A DNA stretch of 64,000 nucleotides, taken from contig CAXXHB010000003.1 in NCBI GenBank assembly GCA_963664815.2, positions 1-64,000 of the forward strand, written 5' to 3'. A program made the position numbers and the translations under genes. Position 1 is the first letter of the stretch. Each line of letters begins with the position of its first letter. Of the stretch, positions 29,906 to 40,364 are shown one piece after another. Under the pieces are notes generated by a model that made no database searches, was not told the origin of the DNA, and saw only the letters and a program-made list of their open reading frames with translations. This DNA is from Spirochaetota bacterium (lineage in GTDB: Bacteria; Spirochaetota; UBA4802; UBA5550).

Positions 29906-29971
29906 CCGGTTGAAACGACCGGCGGAATATGATAGATATGATTTAAATCATTTTATAAGGAGGAATGCATT

Positions 29972-31564
29972 ATGGATTTTAACGGTAAACAGCCGGGTAA
30001 AAAAACCGCAACGAGTACAGGGAGCAGCACAGTCAGAGGACATGTAAAAAATTATCCTGAAAGAATTGCTGTTATAAATGGTGAGATTACCATGACCTAC
30101 GCGCAGTTATGGACACGTGTAATAAAACTGGCCAATTCAATGTTAGACATGGGAATTACTAAAAATGACCCTGTTATCACATATATGCCCAACACGTTTC
30201 ATTATATTGAGATTATGCTGGCATCGGAGATGATTGGATGTCCTATCACCCTGGGTAACTACAGGCTGACAGGTGAAGAGATAGCATATCAGGTGAACGA
30301 CTGCCGGGCAGCGATGATATTTGTTCACCCGGATCTCTATCCTGCAATATCGGGGATGAGAGATAAACTTAAAACTGTCAGGCATCTGGTTGTTCTCAAT
30401 GATTCAAATCCGGATGATGCAGAGACTTACGAAGCATTCCTTGCAAAGGGAAGTGATCAGGAACCAAAGGTTGTGGTTGATCCGGAAGACCTGTGTATGC
30501 TGTTTTATACATCCGGAACGACAGGCAAACCTAAGGGCGCGGTAAGGACGATGTACTGTAATTACAACACTTCCATATCAACTGCCATCGAACTTGGACT
30601 CAGAAGTTCAGACAAACTGCTTGTTGTAGCTCCTATGTACGCGGCTGCAACTACAGGATATGTAATAAGTACTCTGATAACAGGGGGAACTTTGATAATC
30701 GCACCCGCATTTGTTCCCGAAGAAGCACTTAAAATGATTCACTATCACCGGCCGACATTTGTATTCATGGTTCCGGTAATGTTTGACTGGATGCTTTCGC
30801 TTCCACACGATACGATTGCAAAATACGACCTCTCTCCGGTAAGGCTTGCTGTTTCCTGCGGAGCACCGATGCATACTTCAATATTTCAGAAAATGTATGA
30901 CAATTTTAAAAATGCGGCAGTGATTAATATGCTCGGGTGTTCTGAACTGGGATTTGTCACAAAAATAACAGCAGACGAATGGCTGAATAAAGGGAAGGAA
31001 AACAGTATAGGAAAACCGATATTTGATATGGAACTGAAAATAGTATCGGAAGAAGGCATAGAGATGAAGAGTGGAGAAATAGGTCTTCTTTACAGCCGCA
31101 GTCCTCAGAATTTTGACGGTTACTGGCATAACCCGGAGGGGACAAAAGAGGCATTCCTTGACCATGAATGGGGAACGGTAGGCGACATGGCTAAAAGGGA
31201 CGAAGATGGTTACTATTACCTCGTAGACAGGGCAAAGGACATGATATTAAGCGGCGGGACAAACATTTATCCGGCTGAAATAGAGACTGTAATCCTTCAG
31301 ATGGAAGGGATTTCAGATGTTGGTGTTATAGGTGTACCGGATGAAAAATGGGGCGAACAGGTTAAAGCTATAGTGGTTCTTAAAAAGGGTTACACCCTTA
31401 ACGAGGATGAGATTATAAACTTCTGCCGGGAGAAGCTCGCAGGATTTAAAGTACCAAAATCAGTTGATTACATAGATGCAATTCCGCGGAATCCCATAGG
31501 CAAAATGCTGAAAAAGGATCTGCGTAAAAAATACTGGGGTGAGAGAGATATTTTCATCTCCTGA
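29972..31564 (+). CDS. Acyl-CoA synthetase / AMP-binding enzyme
   Basis: YTSGTTGKPKG, GDMAK, DRAKDMILSGGTNIYPAEIE, PRNPIGK. Confidence 0.93.
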   Translation: MDFNGKQPGKKTATSTGSSTVRGHVKNYPERIAVINGEITMTYAQLWTRVIKLANSMLDMGITKNDPVITYMPNTFHYIEIMLASEMIGCPITLGNYRLTGEEIAYQVNDCRAAMIFVHPDLYPAISGMRDKLKTVRHLVVLNDSNPDDAETYEAFLAKGSDQEPKVVVDPEDLCMLFYTSGTTGKPKGAVRTMYCNYNTSISTAIELGLRSSDKLLVVAPMYAAATTGYVISTLITGGTLIIAPAFVPEEALKMIHYHRPTFVFMVPVMFDWMLSLPHDTIAKYDLSPVRLAVSCGAPMHTSIFQKMYDNFKNAAVINMLGCSELGFVTKITADEWLNKGKENSIGKPIFDMELKIVSEEGIEMKSGEIGLLYSRSPQNFDGYWHNPEGTKEAFLDHEWGTVGDMAKRDEDGYYYLVDRAKDMILSGGTNIYPAEIETVILQMEGISDVGVIGVPDEKWGEQVKAIVVLKKGYTLNEDEIINFCREKLAGFKVPKSVDYIDAIPRNPIGKMLKKDLRKKYWGERDIFIS

Positions 31565-31644
31565 AAATACTTATTACAGGCCCGGCAGACCGTACGTGCC
31601 TGTAACTCCTGTTTAACCTGAAAAACTGTTGCGCCGGGTATATT

Positions 31645-34350
31645 TTAATGTGCTTCTTCCCAGTTTTTGCCGGTGCCTATTTCAACAAATACCGGGACGT
31701 TAAGCTTAACAGCGTTTTCCATTTTATCACGGACAAGACTTTCCATAATCTCTTTTTCATCAGGGCGAATTTCAAAGACAAGTTCATCATGAACCTGCAT
31801 GATCATACGCGAACGGAGCTTTTTTGCTGACATCTCGTTAGTAATATTTATCATTGCGATTTTTATCATGTCGGCGGAAGTCCCCTGTATTGGCGTATTT
31901 ATGGCTACTCGTTCGGCTCCCTCTCTCATGAATGATTTTCCAGATGTAATTTCCGGTACCGGACGTTTTCTGCCCATAAGGGTTTCAACATATCCATGTT
32001 CCCTTGCAAATGCGATTGTAGTATCTATATAGTTACGGAAGCCGGGATAGGTTTCAAAATATTTTTTTATAAACTCAGCGGCCTCTTTCATCCCTATTTC
32101 CGCCTGCTGCGACAGACCGTAAGGGGATACTCCGTATATTGTGGCGAAATTTATTATTTTTGCCTGCCTTCGCATGTCGGGAGTTATCTGGTCAATGGAA
32201 ACCCCGAACACCGATGAAGCGGTCATGCTGTGAATGTCAATTTTGTCCTTAAATGCGGAGATCATGTTTGCATCATTTGAGTAGTGAGCAGCCAGGCGTA
32301 ATTCTATCTGTGAGTAGTCCGCCGACATAAGCAGGAATCCCTTTTCTGGAATAAAACCTCTCCTTATTTGTCCTCCAAATTCATCCTTTATCGGAATATT
32401 CTGCAGATTAGGATCTGAAGATGAAAGCCTGCCGGTGGCAGCGATCGTCTGGTTATAAGAGGTGTGGATACGGCCGGTTACGGGATTTATAAGCTTGGGG
32501 AGTGAATCAATATAGGTGCCGTGAAGCTTGCTGAGAGTCCGGTAATCAATGAGGTAGCCGATTATTTCATGCGTTCCTTTCAGTTTTTCAAGTACCGTTA
32601 TATCGGTAGAGAAGCCGGTTGAGGTCTTTTTTGCTGTTTTTAGCTTAAGTTTTTCAAAGAGTATCGTTGCGAGTTCCCTGGTCGAGTTAATGTTGAACTT
32701 CTGGCCGGCGAGAGAATATATTTTTTTTTCTGTTTCCTGAACTCTTTCAATAATTATTTTTTTCATGTTTTCAAAATGGCTTGTTTCAATTCTTATACCG
32801 ATGTATTCCATATCCGCAAGAATTGGAAGAAGAGACATCTCCATGGTTTCAAAGAGTTTAGTCAGGTTCTGTTCATCAAGCATCGGTTTAAATATTTTAT
32901 ACAGCCTGAATGTAATATCTGCATCTTCAATGGCATATTCTGCAAGCCTGTCAAGGGGAACTTCTGAAAGAGGTACAGCGTTTTTACCTGTTCCGGTCAG
33001 TTCTTTGTAGGTAATAGTTTTATAGTTAAGATATATTTTCGCGAGATCATCCATGTTATGCCTTCTCTCGGAAGGATTGAGGAGGTAAGAGGCTATCATC
33101 GTGTCGAAGTATATTCCACGAAGTTCAATATTCGCACGCTTGAGTACAAGCATGTCATATTTTATATTCTGGCCGATTTTTTTTATATTTTCATTTTCAA
33201 TAAGCGGTTTTACAAGCGGCAGTGAAATTGCAGGATCGGGATATTCATCGCTGAAAAGCCCCTTACTCTGGAGAGGAAGGAACCATCCGCTGTTCTCTTT
33301 AATTGAAAATGACATTCCCACGAGATTAGCTTCAACCGGATGTATCGAATCGGTTTCAGTATCGAATGATACAACTTCTGCCCGGGTGATCTCTTCTATC
33401 ATAGCTTTCAGCTCTTTTTCTGTATGTATTGTTATATAATTTCGTGCTGCATCAGAAATAGAAGTAAAGTTCTCAGGTTTTATACCAGGGAAAAAATCGT
33501 TTGAAATGGACTGCATCTCTAATTTATTAAAGTATTCAACAGCAATATAAGGATTTATACCATTAAATATCATTTGTAAAAGATCTGCTTCGAGGGGAAC
33601 GTCTTTTCTTATAGTCACAAGATCGCGGCTGAGGAAGGCCATCTCTTTCCCGGTCTTAAGAAGCTCACCGGTTTTACCTTTTATTGAATCGGCATTTTCA
33701 TAAATTTTTTCCAGCGTACCGTATTCAGTAATCAGTTTCAGTGCAGTTTTCTCTCCGATTCCCTTAACCCCGGGAACATTATCCGCAGTGTCGCCCATCA
33801 GCGCCATGTAATCTATTATACTCTCCGGGCCGAGACCGGTTTTGTTAATAACACCCTGAGTGTCATAAATTTCGTATTCAGAGACACCTTTGGTATTGGC
33901 ATATATCCTTACATTATCCTTTACAAGCTGGTAGGCATCCTTATCTCCTGTTACCAGATATACTTCAAGCTCATCGGAAGAAAACTTTTCCGAGACTGTT
34001 CCAAGCACATCATCTGCTTCATAGTCGTCATGTTCGAGAATTGTAATTCCGAGGGTCTTTACCAGGTGCTTAATCTCGTCAATCTGGCTTCTCATCTCAT
34101 CGGGCATTTTTTCTCTGTTTGCCTTGTATTCCCCGTATAGTTTAAACCTGAACGATTTTTTCGGAGGATCAAAAGCTACCGCAAGGTAATCGGGAGACTG
34201 ATCTTTTATTAGTTTAAGGAGCATCCTTGAGAATCCGAAAATCGCTGAAGTATTCTGACCGCTGGAATTTTTCAGAGGTTTTTTAATAAATGCAAAATAC
34301 GCCCTGTAACAAAGGGCGTGTCCATCAAGAATATATAATTTTTTTTTCAT
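31645..34350 (-). CDS. polA: DNA polymerase I
   Basis: 5'-3' exonuclease (YKANR, EADD), 3'-5' exonuclease (FDTET), TGRLSSSDPNLQNIP, DYSQIELR, QVHDEL. Confidence 0.98.
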   Translation of the reverse strand: MKKKLYILDGHALCYRAYFAFIKKPLKNSSGQNTSAIFGFSRMLLKLIKDQSPDYLAVAFDPPKKSFRFKLYGEYKANREKMPDEMRSQIDEIKHLVKTLGITILEHDDYEADDVLGTVSEKFSSDELEVYLVTGDKDAYQLVKDNVRIYANTKGVSEYEIYDTQGVINKTGLGPESIIDYMALMGDTADNVPGVKGIGEKTALKLITEYGTLEKIYENADSIKGKTGELLKTGKEMAFLSRDLVTIRKDVPLEADLLQMIFNGINPYIAVEYFNKLEMQSISNDFFPGIKPENFTSISDAARNYITIHTEKELKAMIEEITRAEVVSFDTETDSIHPVEANLVGMSFSIKENSGWFLPLQSKGLFSDEYPDPAISLPLVKPLIENENIKKIGQNIKYDMLVLKRANIELRGIYFDTMIASYLLNPSERRHNMDDLAKIYLNYKTITYKELTGTGKNAVPLSEVPLDRLAEYAIEDADITFRLYKIFKPMLDEQNLTKLFETMEMSLLPILADMEYIGIRIETSHFENMKKIIIERVQETEKKIYSLAGQKFNINSTRELATILFEKLKLKTAKKTSTGFSTDITVLEKLKGTHEIIGYLIDYRTLSKLHGTYIDSLPKLINPVTGRIHTSYNQTIAATGRLSSSDPNLQNIPIKDEFGGQIRRGFIPEKGFLLMSADYSQIELRLAAHYSNDANMISAFKDKIDIHSMTASSVFGVSIDQITPDMRRQAKIINFATIYGVSPYGLSQQAEIGMKEAAEFIKKYFETYPGFRNYIDTTIAFAREHGYVETLMGRKRPVPEITSGKSFMREGAERVAINTPIQGTSADMIKIAMINITNEMSAKKLRSRMIMQVHDELVFEIRPDEKEIMESLVRDKMENAVKLNVPVFVEIGTGKNWEEAH

Positions 34351-34368
34351 AATTGATTGCTCCCGGAG

Positions 34369-34764
34369 TTAAATAGCCTGAGTCTGTTTGATCCTGTTCA
34401 TTTCGCTTATTTTTCCTATGAGTATCTCATCAGTTTTTGCGAGCCTCTGTGCAAGAATCTGTACCATTTTCGCAGCAAATTGCGGATTTAAGATAAGGAA
34501 AGATTTAAGTTGTGTAACATTATCTATATATGCCAGCTTTACGTCGCCGAGAGCCCGCACAGTTGCACTTCTCGGATGATCGGTAAAGAGCGATATCTCT
34601 CCGAAAAAATCACCCTCCTGCATGGTTGCCACTACAATATTTTCTTCACCACTTGAAAGAAACACACTTACACGACCTTCAAGGATTATATACATTCTCT
34701 GTTCCATCTGGCCGATTTTAATAATATTCTCGCCATTCTGGAAATACATAATGTTCTTTGACAT
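34369..34764 (-). CDS. Stand-alone cyclic-nucleotide-binding domain protein
   Basis: GDFFGEISL...PRSATVRA. Confidence 0.9.
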   Translation of the reverse strand: MSKNIMYFQNGENIIKIGQMEQRMYIILEGRVSVFLSSGEENIVVATMQEGDFFGEISLFTDHPRSATVRALGDVKLAYIDNVTQLKSFLILNPQFAAKMVQILAQRLAKTDEILIGKISEMNRIKQTQAI

Positions 34765-34906
34765 TGTTCCTCCGGAGACATTGTTATTCTTCTATTATCG
34801 GCGTTTCATGCTTTTTCATCAATGAAGATTCAGGCGATTTTTTGATTTACAGAGCAGATATAGCAGGTTTAATATTGATCATCTCATATCGTAATTTATA
34901 AAATGC

Positions 34907-34934
34907 TAAAAAATAGAGTATTAATTGCCGATAA
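34907..34934 (+). promoter_or_regulatory. Sigma-28 (FliA)-type promoter
   Basis: TAAA-N16-GCCGATAA upstream of ORF 35065. Confidence 0.6.
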
Positions 34935-35064
34935 GTAACAGATAATAGGTTATTAAATTTGCCTGGTTTTGACAGAATTTTTATGTAATAAAATAAGGGT
35001 TTATAGCTTTTGAAAAATAAGAATGGATAAAAACTATCTTTTAGTCTGAAATTTTTAAGGAGCT

Positions 35065-35874
35065 TTGATGATTACCTCAGAAATTAATAAGAGAGAAGAC
35101 CTGTTCCAGTCTGACAACTATATTGGAAGTATTCTCCATGGTTCAAAAAATGTTTTCATAAAAAAACGTTATTTGAATTCTAAAAGAGATTATCAAAGCT
35201 ATTTTGTAATTAACACGGGTAAAGAAATTGTAAAATCCTTTACAGTTCTTTATAATAATACATCTGCATTGAGAAGATTCTATTCAGGAATTCCCCCGTT
35301 TTTTCCGGATGATGATAACAGAGAAAGAGTGGAAAATTTCAGGACATATTTAACGGTTTTAAATGAAGATGTAATTAATTTTCTGTCACAAAGAATTACA
35401 GTTCTGAAAGAACAGGATAATCCCCTCGCCTTGTATGTAATACCTGAATTAATATGTAACGGGGTTAAAGCTAATTATATAATAGAAAAAAAAATCTCTG
35501 CCGATACAGGAAAAACATTCAAAGAGCATAATTGTATGCTTGAGATTGTCTGTCTCTCCAACAGGAGAAAACCGGATCACATAGATTTAATAATGCGGAA
35601 TTACGCACGGTATCATGAAGGTGTTGAAAAAAGTATTGAAGATGCATTAAGCAGCCGCTGGACAAAAAGGGTAAAATTCAGGAATGAAAAAAATCATAGA
35701 GAAAATACCGAGAGTTCTGAATATGGTCTCCCTTCAATTCATAATGTAATAAGAAAATATTATAATGGCAATCTGTTTTATGATGGATATGATGATTCAT
35801 TTCCTGATTTCGGTGCTTATCAGTTTACAATGCGCCTCCCGAAAGGTGAAGCTTACGATGTATCCCCTGTCTGA
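35065..35874 (+). CDS. Hypothetical protein with degenerate GHKL/anti-sigma ATPase-like C-terminus
   Basis: PELICNGVKAN N-box-like and SSEYGL G-box-like segments; AAGGAG RBS. Confidence 0.55.
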   Translation: MMITSEINKREDLFQSDNYIGSILHGSKNVFIKKRYLNSKRDYQSYFVINTGKEIVKSFTVLYNNTSALRRFYSGIPPFFPDDDNRERVENFRTYLTVLNEDVINFLSQRITVLKEQDNPLALYVIPELICNGVKANYIIEKKISADTGKTFKEHNCMLEIVCLSNRRKPDHIDLIMRNYARYHEGVEKSIEDALSSRWTKRVKFRNEKNHRENTESSEYGLPSIHNVIRKYYNGNLFYDGYDDSFPDFGAYQFTMRLPKGEAYDVSPV

Positions 35875-35903
35875 AATTTAAAAAAAATATTAAAATATAT
35901 TAT

Positions 35904-35932
35904 GGAACCTTTTATCCTCTTGCCGGGTCAAA
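35904..35932 (+). promoter_or_regulatory. ECF (sigma-E-like) promoter
   Basis: GGAACC-N15-GGGTCAAA, same as 25624-25652. Confidence 0.6.
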
Positions 35933-35937
35933 GTTAA

Positions 35938-36033
35938 ATAAAGAGATGAGTAAAATCATTGATATAGTATAACTGTAAATGGTCTCCTTTTTTTAGTCCA
36001 AGGCCCGGATTTTTAAATCCGGGCACCGGGACT
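35938..36033 (+). ncRNA. Candidate ECF-dependent small RNA
   Basis: Follows the ECF promoter; no sizeable ORF; TCTCCTTTTTT anti-SD tract; closing hairpin GCCCGGATTT/AAATCCGGGC. Confidence 0.35.
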
Positions 36034-36111
36034 TAAGCTGAAACAGCAGAAAATAATGCAGAAGTATTGATGTATTACATAAGTGATTAATAGGTGTAAG
36101 CATTGATAAAT

Positions 36112-36594
36112 TCAGCTTTTAAATCTTCCATCTGAAGTTTTACCGGCAATTTCCTTCTCTTTTCCGGAAAACCATCCTGTACGTATCTCTTTTATGTCCT
36201 CAAACATCGGGACAAAGGGTTTAATGTCAATTAATGGTGTTCCATCAAGAATATCAATACCCTGAATCTTCAGAATATTCCCGGTCACAGACAGCAGCTT
36301 TACAACCGATAAACCTACAGGATTGGGTCTTACAGGGGATCTGGTTGAAAATATTCCTCTTTCTTCAGTATCGAGGAATGGGACAACCTTCAATTTGTAA
36401 TCAGTACATTTATGAAGATGGAAAATAAGGTATATGTGGGAGAAGCCTTCAAGATCAGCCAGACCGTCCGTGAATTCATCAAGAATCTCAATCCATCCAT
36501 TTGTGTTGTTATCCGCAGCAGGTTGTATAGGTACATTTTCAGCTGTCATAAACGGAGTGTGTATTATACCAATTGGTGAAAATTCTATCTTCAT
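36112..36594 (-). CDS. tsaA: tRNA m6t6A37 methyltransferase TsaA/TrmO
   Basis: PIGIIHTPF, GIFSTRSPVRPNPVGLS, DGTPLIDIKP. Confidence 0.92.
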   Translation of the reverse strand: MKIEFSPIGIIHTPFMTAENVPIQPAADNNTNGWIEILDEFTDGLADLEGFSHIYLIFHLHKCTDYKLKVVPFLDTEERGIFSTRSPVRPNPVGLSVVKLLSVTGNILKIQGIDILDGTPLIDIKPFVPMFEDIKEIRTGWFSGKEKEIAGKTSDGRFKS

Positions 36595-37019
36595 AATGTT
36601 TTTACCTCATATAGTCAGGCATAATAATAAATAATTATTTAAGATGATTTTAATCAATTCAAAAAATTGATATCAGCCCCCTACTTTTGTAAGCAATAAA
36701 ATATTTCAATCCCCTCGTCTGTATCTGTATCGGAAGATGCAGCATGTATTTAAATCAATAATAATTCCAAAGCTTTTATATAATAAAAATGCACTACTAT
36801 CACCGCTGCCTTCGGTGGTGGTGATGCATAAACGTTTATTTACATTAAAGCATATGTTCAGGATCTTTTGCTGAAATAAAATGAAAAGATTCAGGCTTTA
36901 ATGTAGAATAAAACTGTTCTTTGAGATATATTTTATCTATGTGCTGTAGTAATTTCCGGATTGTCAATCAACAGGATGCCGAAATAAAGAATTCTTTATT
37001 TTAAAACAGGAGGATATAA

Positions 37020-40000
37020 ATGCCTGGTATGTTTGAGTCTGTCAGGAAAATTGTGTTTCATATCAGATATACCTGGAAGTCTTTACTTGTTGGAATGCTG
37101 TTATGTGCAATGGCAATTGCTTTATGGGTAGCCCTTGACTGGAGAGAGAAAAGCAATCTGCAGTTTAAAATAAGATCGGAGGCAGAATTTCTATCCTCCA
37201 ATATTGAAGCAGATCTGCGCAGCCGTATCCCGTCTTTGCAGCGTATCGTAAAAGAATGGGAGAGTCATCATTACATGTCCAGGGATGAATTTTTAAGTGA
37301 ATCAACTTCATACCTGATTGATGTTCCAGGTTTTCAGGCGCTGGAATGGGTGGACAGGAATTATTATGTGCGATGGATAGTACCGTTTGAAAAGAATAAA
37401 CAGGCGCTCAACCTGAATCTCGCCTTTGAAAAAAACCGTAAAAATGCGATGGAAAAGGCAAGAACTCTGAAATCTTCAACAGTAACATCTCCGGTAGATC
37501 TTGTTCAGGGAGGAAAAGGTTTCCTGATGTTTTTCCCTGTATATGTTCACAACAGTTTTGAAGGATATATTCTGGCTGTTTTCCGTATTAATGAATGGCT
37601 TGATTTTGTTTTCAACATGAAGAGTAATAATGATCTGTCCGAGAATTATATCATCAGTGTTTTTTTTGACGATATTCCGGTCTACCTGAAAGGGGATTTA
37701 CAACCGGTACAGAAATATGACTACAATGCGATTTCTTCAACACAGATCATCGATCATAATATATATGTTCATGTATATCCGACAGAAAAATTAATCAGCA
37801 AATATAAAACAGTTATCCCGGCAGTGGCGGTAATTTTCGGAGTTTTGTTATCTTTTCTTCTTTCTTTTATTGCCGGTCTTCTTCAGAAGGCAAACCTTCA
37901 GACATTGAAAATGCATGAGGCGAAATTGGCGCTTGAAACTGAAATAGATGAACGAAAGGCCATTGAGGAAAAGCTTCAACGCTCCCTGGTGCGTATTGAT
38001 CTTGCAACAAAAGCGGGCGGGATGGGTATCTGGACATGGGATTTGTCCAGTGACAGTCTTACATGGAATGACCGTATGTTTGATTTGTTTGATATTCCTT
38101 CCGAGACAATACTGACATACGAAACATGGCGGAAAACTGTTCATCCTGATGATTTATCTGCAACTGAACGCTTACTTATGAATTCAGTTAAGAGGGATGT
38201 TGTTTTTAATACTGAATTCCGTATTGTACTCAGGGATGGTTCCATAAGAAATATACGGGCTGCTTCAAGGACTGTAATGGATATTGATCATAATCCGCAA
38301 TATGTGACAGGACTCAACTGGGATGTTACCGACAACAGGAGAGCGAAGGAGTCATTGAAGGAAAGGGAAGAGCAGGTACGCCTGCTGCTCAATTCCACTG
38401 GAGAGGCAATTTACGGTATAAATATGCAGGGTGACTGTACATTTGCAAACCCGTCATGTGCAAGAATGCTCGGGTATTCTGACCCGGGATTGTTAATTGG
38501 TAAAAATATGCACACCCTAATACATCATTCCTATGCGGATGGAAAGCCGATGGTTGTTGAAAACTGCAGAATTTACTGCGCCATTAATCAGGGGAAAAGC
38601 ATGCATGTCGATGATGAAGTATTGTGGAGGGCAGATGGAACCAGTTTTCCGGTTGAATACTGGTCTTATCCTCAAAAGGCAGGAGATATAATTACAGGTG
38701 CTGTTGTAACCTTTATCGATATAAGCGAACGAAAAAAGGCTGAAGAATTACTGGCCATGGAGAGACGCAGGTTGTCATATATTCTCGAAGGAACAAACGC
38801 CGGTACATGGGAATGGAATGTTCAGACCGGGGAAACATTATTTAACCGCAGGTGGGCAGAGATTGCAGGTTATACTCTGGAGGAACTCAGTCCGGTTACA
38901 ATAAAAACCTGGGAAAATTTAATACATCCGGAGGATGCAGTGATTTCCAGGAAATTGCTTGAAAAACATTTTAATCATGAATCGGACTATTATGAATGTG
39001 AAGTAAGGATGCACCATAAGAATGGAACCTGGGTGTGGATATTAGACAGGGGAAAGGTTGCCACATGGGATATGGATTACAAACCGCTGCTTATGGCCGA
39101 GACACATACTGATATCACTGAGAAGAAGGAGGCGGAGGAGCGGATCTTAAATGCCAGAGATATGGCCGAAGCAGCAAATAATGCCAAAAGTACATTTCTG
39201 GCAAATATGAGTCATGACTTGCGGACTCCCATGAACGCGATAATCGGGATATCAGGCGTTCTTGTAAAAAAATATGATAACAGCAATAAACGTTTTAAAG
39301 AAGGGCTTCAGCTTATTCATGAAAGTGGTGAACGGCTTCTCACTCTTATAAATGATCTGCTTGACCTTTCAAGAATTGAATCTCAGAAGATGGATGTTTC
39401 AAACTCATGGTTTAAAGTACAGGATTTTGTACCTGGTATTTATGCGACAATGTCTGCATTGATAGGGAAAAGGAAAATTACTTTTGCTTTTGAAACGGAA
39501 GACATGGATAAATATATTTATAATGACAAAAATAAAATTTACCGTATATTAATGAATTTACTTGGCAATGCTGCAAAGTTTACAAGAGAGGGATCGATAC
39601 TTCTAAAGGTAAAAATTGATTCTGAGAAAACTGTTTTTGAGGTAATTGATACCGGGATCGGAATTAATGAAAAACAGCTCCAATATATCTTTGAGCCTTT
39701 TTATCAGGCGGATAATTCAATGACAAGGGAATATACAGGATCCGGGCTTGGCCTTGCCCTGTGTAAAAGCATGGCTGAACTGATGAACGGTATTATTGAG
39801 GTTGAAAGTGAGCCGGGTAAAGGTACAACAGTTTGTCTTTTACTGCCGGTGATCCGGAGTCAAAACATGTATTATGATGAAATGAATACCGGCAAAGGAA
39901 TTTGTGAAGATTCAGGCAGTCGCCTTACAATAAGCAGTAAGCGTATATTGATAGTTGATGATGAATCAATGGGAAGAGAAACTCTTAAATATATGCTGGA

Positions 40001-40286
40001 AAATATATATAAACTGTCACTTGCAGAAAACGGTAGTGACGCTGTAGAACTTTTTAAGAATAATAATTACGACATTGTTCTGCTTGATATTATTATGCCA
40101 GGTATGGGCGGGTACAAGGTTTTTGAGGAGTTCCGTAAAATAAATATAAATATACCTGTTATTGCAGTTACAGCAAGAGCCATGCCGCAGGATAAAATAA
40201 AAATTCTTGAATGCGGATTTGCCGCTTTTATATCAAAACCGGTAAATCAGGATGAACTTATTGAAACTATCGAGAGTTTTAATTAA
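37020..40286 (+). CDS. Hybrid sensor histidine kinase (CHASE-3xPAS-HisKA-HATPase-REC)
   Basis: DLVQGGKGF CHASE motif; FLANMSHDLRTPMN H-box; NLLGNAAKFT, DTGIG, GSGLGL; C-terminal receiver. Confidence 0.93.
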   Translation: MPGMFESVRKIVFHIRYTWKSLLVGMLLCAMAIALWVALDWREKSNLQFKIRSEAEFLSSNIEADLRSRIPSLQRIVKEWESHHYMSRDEFLSESTSYLIDVPGFQALEWVDRNYYVRWIVPFEKNKQALNLNLAFEKNRKNAMEKARTLKSSTVTSPVDLVQGGKGFLMFFPVYVHNSFEGYILAVFRINEWLDFVFNMKSNNDLSENYIISVFFDDIPVYLKGDLQPVQKYDYNAISSTQIIDHNIYVHVYPTEKLISKYKTVIPAVAVIFGVLLSFLLSFIAGLLQKANLQTLKMHEAKLALETEIDERKAIEEKLQRSLVRIDLATKAGGMGIWTWDLSSDSLTWNDRMFDLFDIPSETILTYETWRKTVHPDDLSATERLLMNSVKRDVVFNTEFRIVLRDGSIRNIRAASRTVMDIDHNPQYVTGLNWDVTDNRRAKESLKEREEQVRLLLNSTGEAIYGINMQGDCTFANPSCARMLGYSDPGLLIGKNMHTLIHHSYADGKPMVVENCRIYCAINQGKSMHVDDEVLWRADGTSFPVEYWSYPQKAGDIITGAVVTFIDISERKKAEELLAMERRRLSYILEGTNAGTWEWNVQTGETLFNRRWAEIAGYTLEELSPVTIKTWENLIHPEDAVISRKLLEKHFNHESDYYECEVRMHHKNGTWVWILDRGKVATWDMDYKPLLMAETHTDITEKKEAEERILNARDMAEAANNAKSTFLANMSHDLRTPMNAIIGISGVLVKKYDNSNKRFKEGLQLIHESGERLLTLINDLLDLSRIESQKMDVSNSWFKVQDFVPGIYATMSALIGKRKITFAFETEDMDKYIYNDKNKIYRILMNLLGNAAKFTREGSILLKVKIDSEKTVFEVIDTGIGINEKQLQYIFEPFYQADNSMTREYTGSGLGLALCKSMAELMNGIIEVESEPGKGTTVCLLLPVIRSQNMYYDEMNTGKGICEDSGSRLTISSKRILIVDDESMGRETLKYMLENIYKLSLAENGSDAVELFKNNNYDIVLLDIIMPGMGGYKVFEEFRKININIPVIAVTARAMPQDKIKILECGFAAFISKPVNQDELIETIESFN

Positions 40287-40364
40287 ATTGTTTTCGCATA
40301 TGCCTGGTTTATGATGCAGCATGGCCGGTTTTTGTTTAAGATTGAAATCTGTTGAGGTCAGGAG

